Source: Octopus sinensis
Taxonomy: Eukaryota
Length of the DNA: 64,000 nt
Assembly: GCF_006345805.1 (NCBI RefSeq)
Contig: NC_043022.1
Span: 8,246,001-8,310,000 of the forward strand
Direction of reading: 5' to 3'
Shown piece by piece: positions 51,631-63,995 of this stretch; the stretch's first letter is position 1, and every line of letters starts with the position of its first letter. A program made the position numbers and the translations under genes. Below the pieces are notes generated by a model, which was not told where the DNA came from, made no database searches, and worked only from the letters and a program-made list of their open reading frames with translations.

Positions 51631-52642
51631 AAAGAATATTTTTCTCCCCATAAACACATTTTATAGAATAATAATGTGGTGATCCATTGCTGTGATTTAA
51701 GCAACTACAAAAAAAAAAAAAAGAAATTCTTAATTTCCACCAAGTGTGTGTGTAAGAAAAAATATATTTACTAACAGAAAAGTATGCTAAAAAAATAAAT
51801 TATCTTTTACATACCTTTTTTAAATCAGGCTGTCGTCCTTATGAATTTCCTTACATACATTCATATATATATATACACACACACACTCAGTGTGAGTAAT
51901 ATACTTTCATAGTGAGAGAGTGTGTGGTAAAAATGTACAGAGAGAGGGAAAGTTTACCATGAGAAAAGAGAAAAATGAAAAAGATAGACAAATATATACA
52001 GAGAGAGATCATTTCTGTTGCTGTCACAGATTTTGAAATTTTAAAATGAATTGAAAATTTTCAAATTTGGTATATTGATGTACTTTTTTACACTGAATCC
52101 GAGTTTGTGGTTTATTTATTCTGGAAAAATTGTAGAAAAATATCACAAAGATTTTAAGTTTGATCATTTTTTACCCAACCAGAAAACAAGATTTGTGCAT
52201 AATAGCTGTTTATCATGAAATGAAGGTATACATTGTAAGACAAAGTTTTAAATAGAATGAAAGCAATGCGTGATAGACAATATGCATAGTACATATTAAG
52301 AGAGTGAATGATAAAGAGTGTGGTAAATAATAGAGAGAGATAGATTCACAGTGACAGATAGAGAGTGGGTGAGTGGTCAGTCTATAAGTTGAGTTATTTC
52401 TTGTAGCAGATTATATTTTTTTATGATTATTTAGAGACAACCTTGTCTTTGGGATGCAGATTTAGAAAATGAAATTTGTTTTTCTTGAGGAAGCACAATT
52501 TCAGAGACTTTCAGGGTTAAACACACATACACTTGCATTTATATAGTAGATAGATATATATTTAAATATATGTATATATATACATTTGAATATGTTTGTG
52601 TGTGTGTGTGTGTCTCTCTCTCTCTCTCTATCTATCTCTCTC

Positions 52643-52684
<42 letters not shown>

Positions 52685-52797
52685 CATATATATATATATA
52701 TAGTTGAAATTTACAGAAAAATAAAAGATGAAGTCAGGTGTATAAACAACAAGTAGGTGTAATAGATTGATACTCAGGAAAGTGAGAGTCATATATA

Positions 52798-53190
52798 TCA
52801 TCATCATCATCATTTAACGTCTGCTTTCCATGCTAGCATGGGTTAGACGATTTGACTGAGGTCTGGCAAACCAGACTCCAATCTGATCTGGCAGAGTTTC
52901 TACAGCTGGATGCCCTTCCTAATGCCAACCACTCCGAGAGTGTAGTGGGTGCTTTTACATGCTACCGGCACGAGGGCCAGTTTGGTGGTACTGGCAACGG
53001 CCATGCCTAAATGGTGCTTTTTATGTGCCACCTGCACAGGAGCCAGTCCAGTGGTACTGACGACGACCTCGCTCGAATATTTCACATGCCACCAGCACAA
53101 GTGCTAGTAAGGCGACGCGGTAACGATCACACTTGAATGGTGTGCTTAATGTGCCATCGGCACGAAGGTCAGTTTGTTGTTCTGGCAACG
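52798..53190 (-). mobile_element. RTE 3' UTR (family C), long and young
   Basis: (CAT)n-TTAACGTCTGCTTTCCATGCTAGCATGGG...GCCCTTCCTAATGCCAACCACTCCGAGAGTGTAGTGGGTGC plus internal repeats. Confidence 0.9.
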
Positions 53191-53289
53191 ATATATATAT
53201 ATATATGATGGACTCTCCACTTTTGCCAAACAACCTGCACAAATGATTAGTTTATAGTGATCAAAAATATGTGTGCCATACATTAGCTC

Positions 53290-53470
53290 ATCCCTCCATC
53301 AAATCAACATTGCCTGAAAAGGTGCATGGTGTATCACGCATCAGGTGTGAAGTGGCCATAAAGCAACGTGAGATGAAGTGTTTTGCTTAAGAACACAGTG
53401 CACTACTTGGTCCAGGATTTGAAACCATGATCTCATGATCATGAGTGTAACACCCTAACCACTAGGCTAT
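53290..53470 (-). mobile_element. Family D-type SINE head
   Basis: GCAACGTGAGATGAAGTGTTTTGCTTAAGAACACA...CACCCTAACCACTAGGC. Confidence 0.7.
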
Positions 53471-53627
53471 GTGTTCCCCCCTCTCTCTCTTCCTCTCTCT
53501 TTCCCTCCCTCTCTCTCTCAGTCTCTCTCTCTCTATATATATATATACAAACTTACATACATACAAACACACACATACTCACATATACATGTATATATAT
53601 ATATATTGTGTTTTGTGTGTGTGCATC

Positions 53628-53815
53628 AGGAGTGGCTGTGTGGTAAGTAGCTTGTTTACCAACCACATGGTTCCGGGTTCAGTCCCACTGTGTGGCACCT
53701 TGGACAACTGTCTTCTACTATAGCCTCAGGTCAACCAAAGCCTTGTGAGTGGATTTGGTAGACAGAAACTGAAAGAAGCCTGTCGTATATATGTATATAT
53801 ATATATATATGCGTG
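53628..53815 (+). mobile_element. Family A SINE 5' half
   Basis: AGGAGTGGCTGTGTGGTAAGTAGCTTG...GGTTCAGTCCCACTG.GTGGCACCTTGG. Confidence 0.9.
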
Positions 53816-54519
53816 TGTGTCATCATCATCATCATCGTTTAACGTCCGTTTTCCGCGCTAGCACGGGTTGGACGGTGTGTGTATATATATATATATATAC
53901 ACACATACACACACACACACTCACGCACATACATATATCTCGGAACACGATTGTCTCTCTCTGATCAATAACTTCACTGTGTCTGTCCATTTATCTAGTT
54001 AGTCCACAGTCCTTCAATGCACAGAGTTCTACCCATGTCTCAATATCAAGATATTCAGCTACACTTCTGTCTCATCACAACGTCTTGTTATCCTTGTGTG
54101 AGTGTATGTATCTCGTTATACCCTTGTCTCTCTATATTTCTAGTTATTTCACAATCTAATTAATTCAATTATTTCACTATCTAATTATTTCACTATCTGT
54201 TTATCTATTTCGTTATTTCACTATCTGTCTAAGTTATTCTATTGTCTGTCTGCACATTTATATATTTAGTTATTCCACAGTCTCTCTAATTAATTTCTTC
54301 ACTGTCTGACCTTATATCCAGCTATTTCACTATTTTTCTACCTTGTTATTCTCCTCGGTTTATCTGTCTGTCTGTCTGTCTGGCGGTCAGTCTCTGTCTT
54401 CTCTCTCTGACTATTTCTCCCTCTCTCTTTCTGTCTATTTGTCCCTCTCTGTCTCTCTGTCTTCCTCTCAGCATCAGTATTGCCTGTTATTTTTTCTCTC
54501 TGTGTTTGTTCTGTCTGTC

Positions 54520-54572
<53 letters not shown>

Positions 54573-54578
<6 letters not shown>

Positions 54579-54987
54579 ACTCTTTTTCTTGTTTCAGTCA
54601 TTTGACTGCGGCCATGCTGGAGCACGGCCATGCTGGAGCACCGCCTTTAGTCGAGCAACTCGACCCCGGGACTTATTCTTTGTAAGCCCAGTACTAATTC
54701 TATCAGTCTCTTTTGCCGAACCGCTAAGTGACGGGGACATAAACACACCAGCATCGGTTGTCAAGCAATGCTAGGGGGACAAACACAGACACACAAACAT
54801 ACACGCACATATATATATATATATATATGACGGGCTTCTTTCAGTTTCCGTCTACCAAATCCACTCACAAGGCTTTGGTTGGCCCAAGGCTATAATAGAA
54901 GAGACTTGCCCAAGATGCCACGCAGTGGGACTGAACCAGAACCATGTGGTTGGCAAGCAAGCTACTTACCACACAGCCACTCCTGCG
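54573..54987 (-). mobile_element. Family A SINE, full length, young
   Basis: CpG-intact; internal tandem duplication of CGGCCATGCTGGAGCA. Confidence 0.9.
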
Positions 54988-55464
54988 CCTATATATATAT
55001 TTGCACTCTGCAAATATTTATTTTATTCTCTCTCTCTTTTTGTCCAGCCTGTTATTTTATTTGTCTGTCTCTCTCTATCTCTCTGTCTCTGTCCCCCTCT
55101 CTCTCTGTGTATTTGCTTTTTCCACTATGTATCTATCTACTTATACCTCTACTTGTCTCTCTGTCTATTTCATCATCTGCCTATCTAGTTATTCTACTCT
55201 CTCTCTCTTAGTCTCTCTCCTCCATTCTTTGTATTAAGTTATTCTGCTTTATATCTATCTACATGTACCACTAACTGTCTCTCTGTCCCTCCAATTATCT
55301 CACTCTCTCTTTATCCAACCCGGTAATCCACTGCTTGTCCTTCTATCCAGTTATTCCACTTTGCATATATCAAGTCACTTAAGTGTTTCTCAGTCTAACT
55401 AGGTACTCCAGTGACATCTGTATGTCTTAGATTCCTGTATCTGTCCAACTACCTACTTATATCT

Positions 55465-55686
55465 ATTTCTTTACTACCCACAAGGGGCGAAACACAGAGG
55501 GGACAAACAAGGACAGACAAACGGATTAAGTCGATTACATTGACCCCAGTGCGTAACTGGTACTTAATTTATCGACCCTGAAAGGATGAAAGGCAAAGTC
55601 GACCTTGGCGGAATTTGAACTCAGAACATAGCGACAGACGAAATACGGCTACGCATTTCGCCCGGCGTGCTAACGTTTCTGCCAGC
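55465..55686 (-). mobile_element. Family B SINE, near full length
   Basis: Near-identical to 11670-11897 and 57806-58025. Confidence 0.9.
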
Positions 55687-56144
55687 TGTCTGTATGTCAG
55701 TCTAGTTATTCTGCTGTCTATCAATCCATTTATATTACTGTGCATCTAACTAGTTATTCCAATGTCTGTCTAAGTCTTTATTCTAATGTCTGCCTCTCTA
55801 AGTAGTTATTCTAGGGTCTGTTTGTCTAACTAGTTATTCCAGTGGGATGAGGTGACTTGGTGTACCTGTTTCTATACTGATGATTTGGTATGGCTGACTG
55901 GAAATTCAGCCTGTTTTCCCGACAGTGCTTTTTGGCACTGGAAGCACACACACACACACACACACACACGCATGCATGCACACATGCATGCATACACACA
56001 CACATACAGACACACATGCATGCACACACACATCCACGCATGGCCATATACACATGCAGAAAGAGCAAGTGAGTGAGACAGATGGAGAGAGACGTTACAA
56101 TTTATTACTTCAACACTCTCCTCATACACATAAAAAGAAATCTG

Positions 56145-57432
56145 GGATCTTTTCGGTTTGAACGACAGTTCTTAACATAATTTCTAGGTAACTAAAAAAT
56201 TTTAAACTTCGTATACTGGTAGAATGTGTTTATAAAACATCGGATCTTTTCTGTTTGATGGACGGAATTTTCTAGTTAACTAAAAAATTTGAAACTTCGT
56301 ATACTGGTAGAATGTGTCAAAAGAAAACATTATTGTAAACAAAATTGAAAACAAAATTGTAATTTGTAACTTAAACGTAGTTTAATTTTACGAATTTTAA
56401 CCAATGAAATCCCAGCATCTTCGAATTTTAACCAATGAAATCCCAGCATTGCTGCGTTATCGATATTGATAAAGAAATATAGCAGACACACGACACACAC
56501 ACACACACTCTCTCTCTCTCTCTCAAACACATGCATATACATTTGCACAAGCACATAGTAATTAATATATAAGCGTACACACACATACAAACGGACATAT
56601 ACATACACACACATACGCACACAAGCATACATACACGTTCGTGAGTTGCCCCTTGCCGTAACAGATTTACACAAAAGGTAAATAAACCAGAAGGGGGGTG
56701 GGTCAATGTTTCATCGTTTCGGGGTCGATAAATTAAGCACCAATTACGCACTGGTGTCGAGGATTTTTTCCCAATTTATATCACAGCTTCCGACAAGCTG
56801 GGGCATGAATAAGACGTGTGCGTGTGAATTTTTAGACGCAGCAAATTATTTGAGCTCGAATGCTGCGATTTCATTGGTTAAAATTCGTAGAATTAAACTA
56901 CGTTAAAGTTACGAATTACAATTTTGTTTTCAATTTTGTTTACAATAATGTTTTCTTTTGACACATTCTACAAGTATACGAAGTTTCAACTTGTTTAGTT
57001 AACTAGAAAATTCCGTCCATCAAACAGAAAAGATCCTAAACATCTTTTTCTCTTGGCTTTATTGAGAAAATTCTATAGTTTATAAGATATTTGTTGTTTT
57101 TTCTTCTTCAATTTCTGCAATTTCAACCAATCAATGACGTGTATTGAGGTAAAAAACATTCTGTGCCGTATGAATATGTCCCTCGTTCAAGAAACAGATT
57201 GGGTTTTTGATTGATTGATTGATGATTGATTCTAGTTTCAGCTTATGAGCTGTGGCCATGCTGGGGCACCGCCATTTACATTTCTGAAGAAAAAAAGATA
57301 CCCTTCCCCCCACCCCTAACCCTAACCCTAAGACAGATTGAAATGCAATAGATCGATACTAGGGTCATAATTATGGGTGACAATTTCATATGACTCCGCT
57401 AGAAAAAACTGCCGTTCAAACCGAAAAGATCT
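56145..57432 (+). mobile_element. Merlin-like MITE copy 2, interrupted by a related element
   Basis: GAAATCTG|GGATCTTTTCGGTTTGAACG ... CGTTCAAACCGAAAAGATCT|GAAATCTG. Confidence 0.85.
56242..57036. mobile_element. Nested Merlin-like element with ~180-bp TIRs
   Basis: AAAACATC|GGATCTTTTCTGTTTGATGGACGG ... CCGTCCATCAAACAGAAAAGATCC|TAAACATC. Confidence 0.85.
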
Positions 57433-57476
57433 GAAATCTGCTCACACACACACATACACGCACACACACAGAGTCG

Positions 57477-57508
<32 letters not shown>

Positions 57509-57805
57509 GAGGGAGGGAGAGAGAGAGAGAGAAACTTTAAAGCGTCTGATGTCAAATAAGTCAGAGGGGAATCAGTGATGCCGGATAGGCAGTCTCAAAA
57601 TGGCTGCTTCAAAACGTCTCATGCCTTTATTTCAGTGTTTCTCTGTTTAATTATTCCATTGTCTCTCTGTCACTCCTTGTCTAGTTGTCCCGAATATTTA
57701 TTCTTCTATCGAGGTATTTCAATATCTACCACTGGCCACATGGACAGACATTAGACATTACAACATCAACATACAGGAGGACAGACATTGAGAGACACTA
57801 TATAT

Positions 57806-58025
57806 ATTTCTTTACTACTCACAAGGGGCTAAACATAGAGGGGACAAACAAGGACAGACAAAGGGATTAAGTCGATTACATCGACCCCAGTGCGAAACTG
57901 GTACTTTATTTATCGACCCCGAAAGGGTGAAAGGCAAAGTCGACCTCAGCGGAATTTGAACTCAGAACGTAACGGCAGACGAAATACAGCTAAGCATTTC
58001 ACCCGGTGTGCTAACGCTTCTGCCA
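57806..58025 (-). mobile_element. Family B SINE
   Basis: CTTTACTACTCACAAGGGGCTAAAC...GGCAAAGTCGACCTCAGCGGAATTTGAACTC. Confidence 0.9.
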
Positions 58026-58027
58026 AT

Positions 58028-58410
58028 AGGCGCAGGTGTGACTACGGGAATAGCCGCAGGCCAGCTTCCCAACCACATGGTTCCAAGTTCACTCCCACTG
58101 CGTGGAACCTTGGGCAAGTATCTTCTACTATAACCTCGGTTCAACCAAAGCCTTATGAGTGGATTTGGTAGACGGAAACTGAAAGAAGCCCGTCGTATAC
58201 ATATGTGTGTGTGTGTGTGTGTTTGTCCCATCACCACTACTTAACCTTTGTTGGTGTGTTTGCGTCCCCGTAAGTTAGCGGTTCGGCAAAACACATCGAT
58301 AGAATGAATAACGCTTAAAATAAACTAAGTACTAGGGTGGATTCATTCGGCTAAAAATTTAAGCCGGTGCCCCAGCATTGCCGCAGTCTAATTACTGAAA
58401 CCTGTAACAG
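58028..58410 (+). mobile_element. Family A SINE
   Basis: CTTCCCAACCACATGG...CCTTGGGCAAGTATCTTCTACTATAACC...GCCCCAGCATTGCCGCAGTC. Confidence 0.85.
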
Positions 58411-58522
58411 TGTGAATAAAAAGTAAAAGTAAGGAAGTCATTGGGTATAACTCTTTAGATTGGAAGAGTACAAACACAGGGCATAGGAAAAATCAAGTCT
58501 TCCGTATTTGTCTCTTCTCCTC

Positions 58523-58926
58523 TCTTTACTCTTTTACATGTTTGTCACTTGACTGTGGCCATGCTGGAGCACCGCCTGTAGTCGAGCAAATCGACCCCAG
58601 GACTTATTCTTTGGAAGCCTAGTACTTATTCTATCGGTCTCTTTTGCCGAACCGCTAAGTTACGGGGACGTAAACACACCAGCATCGGTTGTCAAGCGAT
58701 GTTGGACGGGGGGGGGGGACAAACACAGACACACAAACAAATACACACACAATACATATATATATATACGACGGGCTTCTTTCAGTTTCCGTCTACCAAA
58801 TCCACTCACAAGGCTTTGGTCGGCCCGAGGCTATAGCAGAAGGCACTTGTCCAAGGTGCCACGCAGTGGGACTGAACCCGGAACCATGTGGTTCGTAAGC
58901 AAGCTACTTACCACACAGCCACTCCT
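58523..58926 (-). mobile_element. Family A SINE, full length, young
   Basis: Near-identical to 14955-15331. Confidence 0.9.
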
Positions 58927-59107
58927 ACTATTTTCTTTCTTGAGTGACTGGGGGATTACAATATCAATGGCGCTGTCTGCACCGGTACTTCGTCGGTTAG
59001 GACGATGAGTGTTCCAGTTGATCTGATGAACGTTAAGTCTGCTCGTGAAATTGAAGTGCAAGTAGCTGGACACTCCACAGACACGCGTAGCCATAATGCA
59101 GTTAAAA

Positions 59108-59155
59108 AATAATAATAATGAAATTATTGTATACAGTGCTCAGGTGCATCACAAC
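59108..59155 (-). mobile_element. Extremely truncated CR1 3' tip (~45 bp)
   Basis: Reverse complement GTTGTGATGCACCTGAGCACTGTATACAATAATTTCATTATTATT matches the ends at 7850-7890 and 14020-14055. Confidence 0.8.
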
Positions 59156-59164
59156 AAAATATAT

Positions 59165-59400
59165 GCGCGCTTTTAAAGCCTAGCCTGGCTCATGGGCCCG
59201 GTTTCCCGGTTTCAAATGATTATGTGATCCCCAGCTGGACGGGACGCCAGTCCATCGCAGCGTTACTCATTTTTGCCAGTTGAGTGGACTGGAGCAACGT
59301 GAAATGAAGTGTTTTGCTCAAGAACACAATGCGTCGCCCAGTCCAGGAATCGAAACCACAATCTTACGATAATGATGCTGACACCCTAACCACTAAGCCA
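59165..59400 (-). mobile_element. tRNA-headed SINE (family D head with a different tail)
   Basis: ACTCATTTTTGCCAG.TGAGTGGACTGGAGCAACGTGAAATG...GGAATCGAAACC...CCCTAACCACTAAGCCA. Confidence 0.75.
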
Positions 59401-60027
59401 TTTAGCGTAAAAACAGACAATGGAACCTGGTGCGGACCCTGACCCCTACCAGTCCCTGTCAAGCCGTCCAACCCATGCCAGCATCGAAAACAGGCATTAA
59501 AACGATGATGCTGATGATAACCAGGTCTTTGGAATTAGTCTATGTTTAGGGCACACGTATCTGTGACGAGGCTGGTCCTTTGAATTACAGATGCAACTCA
59601 CTTCTGCCAGCGGAATGGACTGGAACAACGTGAAATATATTGTCTTATTCAAGGACAAAACACACCACCGAGAATCAAACTCGTATCCTAAGCCACGCGC
59701 CTATTAGTGTATTTCATTGAAGATAAAACGGTGTAAACTATTAAATGTCATACTCCTCCATTGTTCTATACACTCTTTAAAAGCTACTCTTTATAAATTG
59801 TCGACCATGGATCAGGAACCATTCTTTTTTGGCATTCCTTAAGCTGTAAAAAAGAATTCCATAATTTCCATGCTTACATTTACAATCCAGTCGATTTCCT
59901 GACAGATATCTGCATCTAGTCTGATCTTACATCTCTAATAGCTTTTTCTCCCACACGTTTAACATTGCAGACAGTGTTCACTGTAGCAACAGCTGAGACG
60001 ATTCATGCGACTCAGACATATGCGAGA

Positions 60028-60760
60028 GGGTACCCAAAAGAAACCGGAATTTTGCAATATTATTTTATTCACATAGTTTTATGTTTAAACATTTATCGAC
60101 TTCATAGTATTCGGATCTTTTAAAAAATTTTTTTTTAAATTTTAAACTTCGTATACTTGTAGAATGTGTTTATAAAACATCTTTTTCTCTTAGCTTTATT
60201 AAGAAAATTCTATAGTTTGTAAGATATTTCTTGTTTTTTTCTTCAATTTCTGCAATTTCAACCAATCACTGACGTCTATTGAGGTAAAAAAAACATTCTG
60301 TGCCGTATGAATATGTCCCTCGTTTAAGAAACAGATTGGGTTTATTTACATTTGTGAAGAAAAAAAGATACCCTTCTCCCACCCCTAACCCTAACTAACC
60401 CTAACCCTAAAACAGATTGAAATGCAATAGATCGATACTAGGGTCATAATTATGGGTGACAATTTCAGATGACACCGCTAGAAAAAACTGCCGTTCAAAC
60501 CGAAAAGACCCAAGTATTCTCCATTTGAAGCAATGCATCGTGTTGGAAGCAGTGCTGGAACTCTTGCAAAGTGATGCCTTTTAACGCCTCTGTTGTGTTT
60601 TTTTTTTCTTCACCTCTTCCACATTTGCAAATTCCGTAGCACCAGCTTCCGTCACCAGTGATGACCTTCGAATAAAAGGTCCGGATCAACTTCCAAACGT
60701 TCTTTCAGTTCCTGACACACATTCAGTTGTGACTGCTTTTGATCTTCCGTGAGCAAGCGA
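60028..60760 (-). mobile_element. Internally deleted mariner remnant interrupted by a Merlin-like MITE
   Basis: Terminus GCGAGAGGGTACCCAAAAGAAACCGGAAT; minus strand SKVITGDGSWCYG joined to TTEALKGITLQEFQHCF. Confidence 0.75.
60113..60511 (+). mobile_element. Merlin-like MITE copy 3
   Basis: TAGTATTC|GGATCTTTT ... CGTTCAAACCGAAAAGACCC|AAGTATTC. Confidence 0.85.
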
Positions 60761-60767
60761 GGCACTC

Positions 60768-61355
60768 TGCCGAGGTCAACTTTGCTTTTAATTCTTTCGG
60801 AATCGATAAATTAAGTACCATTTGAGTACTGGGGTCGATATAATCGACTTAACCCCTCCCGTAAAATTTCAGGTCTTGTGCCTATAGTAGAAAGGATTAT
60901 TATTATTAAGGTAACGAGCTGGAAGACCTGTCAGCATGCAGGGCAAAATGCTCAGCGGCATTTCGCCTGTTTTTAGATTCTGAGTTCAAATTCCGTCGAA
61001 GTCGATTTGACCTTTCATCCTTTCGAGGGCGATAAAATAAGTACCAGTTGAGCTCATGAGTTGATGTAATTGATTTATCCTCTCCTCCGAAATTGCTGGC
61101 CTTGTGCCTAAATTTGAAATCATTATGATCATCTTTCAGGTGGCGAGGTGGCAGAATCGTTAGCACATCGGAAAAAATAAATGCTTAGCGGCGTTACTTC
61201 CCGACTGTTTACTGAGTTCAAATTCCGCCGAAGTCGACCTTGCCTTTCATCCTTTCAGAGTCAATAAAATAAGTACCAGTCATGTACTGAGGTCGATGTA
61301 ATCGACTTGTCCTCTACTCTCAGAACTACTGGCTTTTTGCCAAAATTTGAGACCA
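60768..61355 (+). mobile_element. Cluster of three head-to-tail family B SINE copies
   Basis: GAGGTCAACTTTGC/GAAGTCGATTTGACC/GAAGTCGACCTTGCC domain at about 60775, 61000 and 61230. Confidence 0.8.
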
Positions 61356-61529
61356 TAAAAACCCCCACCATTCCTTATTAAATGCCAAAATGACTTCAAA
61401 TATGTTAATGGTTTTGGTTTTACTTAACATATGAGTAACCAAGAACGGAACAGGAAGGAAATTCTTAAGAGTTTTGTCATTTATTTACAGAAAGTGATAT
61501 TAGATATCGAGTCCCATATACCATATCGT

Positions 61530-63300
61530 TGGTTCTTATGGCGCCTTTCGTGGCAGTAACATGTGTCCACGGCTGTCCTCTTATTTCTTGACACTAAGTC
61601 TATCAGTTCCCTTAATGGTACGACGACAGTTCTGAAGAATTCTTGAATCTTGAGGTTATCTCAACTTCTCTAGTGAAGCTGGTCTTAATTGTCATAATAA
61701 TGTATCCTCCAGAGGCGGAGATAATTTTAAATTAAAAATCGATGTTGTATCGCGTTTAATGTAACCGTATTTGACTTCGTCTTTTAAACATATGCCTTTG
61801 TCCACTCTAAGTTATTTCTCTTAGCTCGTTTTTGTTTAAAGTATGCAAATTACCTTGGTCATACATATGTTCTACACTTTCTGTATATCTCTATGGCCCC
61901 TGAGGCTGCTTGCAAGGTTCGGACAATAGTCGTTATGATGACGTCTATTGATGCAGTAACACGTGTCCGAAGAGCAAGATGGGGTTGGAGAAGAGGAACC
62001 TGCCACAGAAAGAGTATGTGAAACGATGGAAGGAAGTGATGAGAAAGGTGGGTGTGAGTAACCCAGCTTAATCATCGAAGAAAGGAAAAATTAGTTGCTG
62101 GGCCTTATAGACCGCCGGGTTCAAAATTTGGAACCTGCATTTTTCCCCTTTTCGTTTTAGCATATGTCATGTTTTCTATTTTATTAAAAAAAACCCACAA
62201 AAGTTCTCGTTGTAAAGGCAAAAGTAAGCCAAGTTTTCGTTTATGTCATATTACAACTAAATTTTTAAGTCTCATTCGAACTCATATAACATTCTTTGTA
62301 TTTGTCTGTCTTGTTATGTCCCTATGTAAGATCGCATGATTGTAATAAAGATTTTCCTTTTTCTCAAGACAGTAAGCCTGTCCATTCCCTTAACAGCACG
62401 ACAACACAGGAGATTTCGTGAATCTTGAGGTTATCTTCCCTTCTCAAGTGGTGCTCGTCCTGAATTCCATTTGACAATTATAATAATAAATCCTCTCGAG
62501 GTGGAGAAAATTTTAATAAAACAAAAATTGATATTGTATGGTATATAATATGCTTGTATTTGTCTACATTGTTGAAGCACATGTCACGGGTTATTTCTCT
62601 TAGTTTATATTTGTTTAAATTATGCAAATCACCTTGGTCATAGGAGGCGCAATGGCACCGTGGTTAGGGCAGTGGACTCGCGGCTGTAGGATCGCGGTTT
62701 CGATTCCCAGACCGGGCATTGTGAGTGTTTATTGAGCGAAAACACCTAAAGCTGCACGAGTCTCCGAGAACTACGTTAAGGGTACACGTGTCTGTGGAGT
62801 ACTCAGCCACTTGCACGTTAATAAATGAGCTGCGACGTCACTGGTACCAAGCTGTATCGACCTTTGTCTTTCCTTTGGATAACATCGGTGGCGTGGAGAG
62901 GGGAGGCCAGTATGCATGGGTGACTCCTGGTCTTCCATAAACAACCTTGCCCAGACTTGTGCCTAGGTGCAATCCCATGGTCATTCATGACCGAAGGGGG
63001 TCACAACAACCTTGGTCATAAATGTGTTCTATTCTTTCTGCATATTTCAATGGTACCTGGATACTGGCGATAGGTTCGGTCAGCTGTCGTTATGATGGCG
63101 CATATTTAGGCAGAAACACGTGTCCACGGCTGTCCTCTTACTTCCAGACAATAAGCTCGACTTTTTGCTTAATGGAATGTCAGTTTTAGAGAATTCTTGA
63201 TTTGTTTTTCTCTCTCCTTTTCAAGTGGAGCTGGTCTTAATTGCCGTTTGGTGATTATGATAGATCCTGTTGAAGTGGCGATAATATTAACTAATCAAGA
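61530..63300. repeat. Diverged ~400-bp tandem repeat, about three units, interrupted twice
   Basis: AACA(T/C)GTGTCCACGGCTGTCCTCTTA at 61559 and 63115; GAATCTTGAGGTTATC, TTATTTCTCTTAG and TATGCAAAT.ACCTTGGTCATA recur in register. Confidence 0.75.
62643..63008 (+). mobile_element. Chimeric tRNA-headed SINE with 12-bp TSD
   Basis: ACCTTGGTCATA on both sides (62631-62642, 63009-63020); A-box/B-box head, family D middle, unrelated tail ending GACCGAAGGGGGTC. Confidence 0.85.
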
Positions 63301-63709
63301 ATTGATTCTGTGTAATATTTGATACACCTAAGTCGCAAGCTTGCAGAACCGTTAGCATGCCTAGCAAAATAATTAATTTGTTAGACTACGAAATCTATTA
63401 TATCCTTGACTTTTTGATACAAGATTTTGTTTTGAGTGACATTTGGCTGCCATTTCCAGCAAGTTATTGGAAATATAATGAGCCCTTCATATTAGTTACT
63501 TTTTTCTGTTAGATTTGTTTCAGTGTCAGCGTCGGACAAATATATAACGGTGATTGATCAAACTCTGCGTTATAAGTTCAAATCTCGCTCGCGTCAACTT
63601 TGATTTTTACCCTTCCAGTGGATCAGAGTGAATAAACTGTTGCACAGTGCAAAGTTTTTCTCCGTTTTTAAAAACCGAAAAATTGTATGTTCACGCGCGC
63701 GTCTGTGTT

Positions 63710-63995
63710 GTGAAGGCGCGTGGAAGGTCGTGAGTTCGATTCCCCGCGGCGCGTTGGGTCCTTGAGTAAGACAGTTTATTTCACGTTGTTCTAGTCCACT
63801 CGGCTGTCAAAAATGAGTTGTACCTGTCTGTAAGTTAAAGGGCCAGTCTTGTCGCATTCCGTGTCACGCTGAATCGCCAACTACGTTAAGGTTACACATG
63901 TTTGTGGAGTGCTCAGCCACTTGCACGTCAATTTCACAAGCAAACTGTTTTGTTGGTCAGATCAACAGAAACCCTCATCGTCATAACTGACGGAA
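63710..63995 (+). mobile_element. Family D SINE (tRNA head, CORE/V-like GTCCTTGAG.AAGACA), head partly deleted
   Basis: AGGTCGTGAGTTCGATTCCC...GTCCTTGAGTAAGACAGTTTATTTCACG...GAGTGCTCAGCCACTTGCACG. Confidence 0.85.

Noticed and set aside
61957-62055. GA-rich exon-like segment with GTGGGT/GTGAGT donors
   Set aside because: The only acceptor belongs to the 400-bp repeat and lacks a pyrimidine tract; peptides unrecognised.
62643-62720. tRNA-like sequences in SINE heads (also 53628 and 63710)
   Set aside because: A/B boxes are present but there is no complete cloverleaf, and they run straight into SINE bodies.
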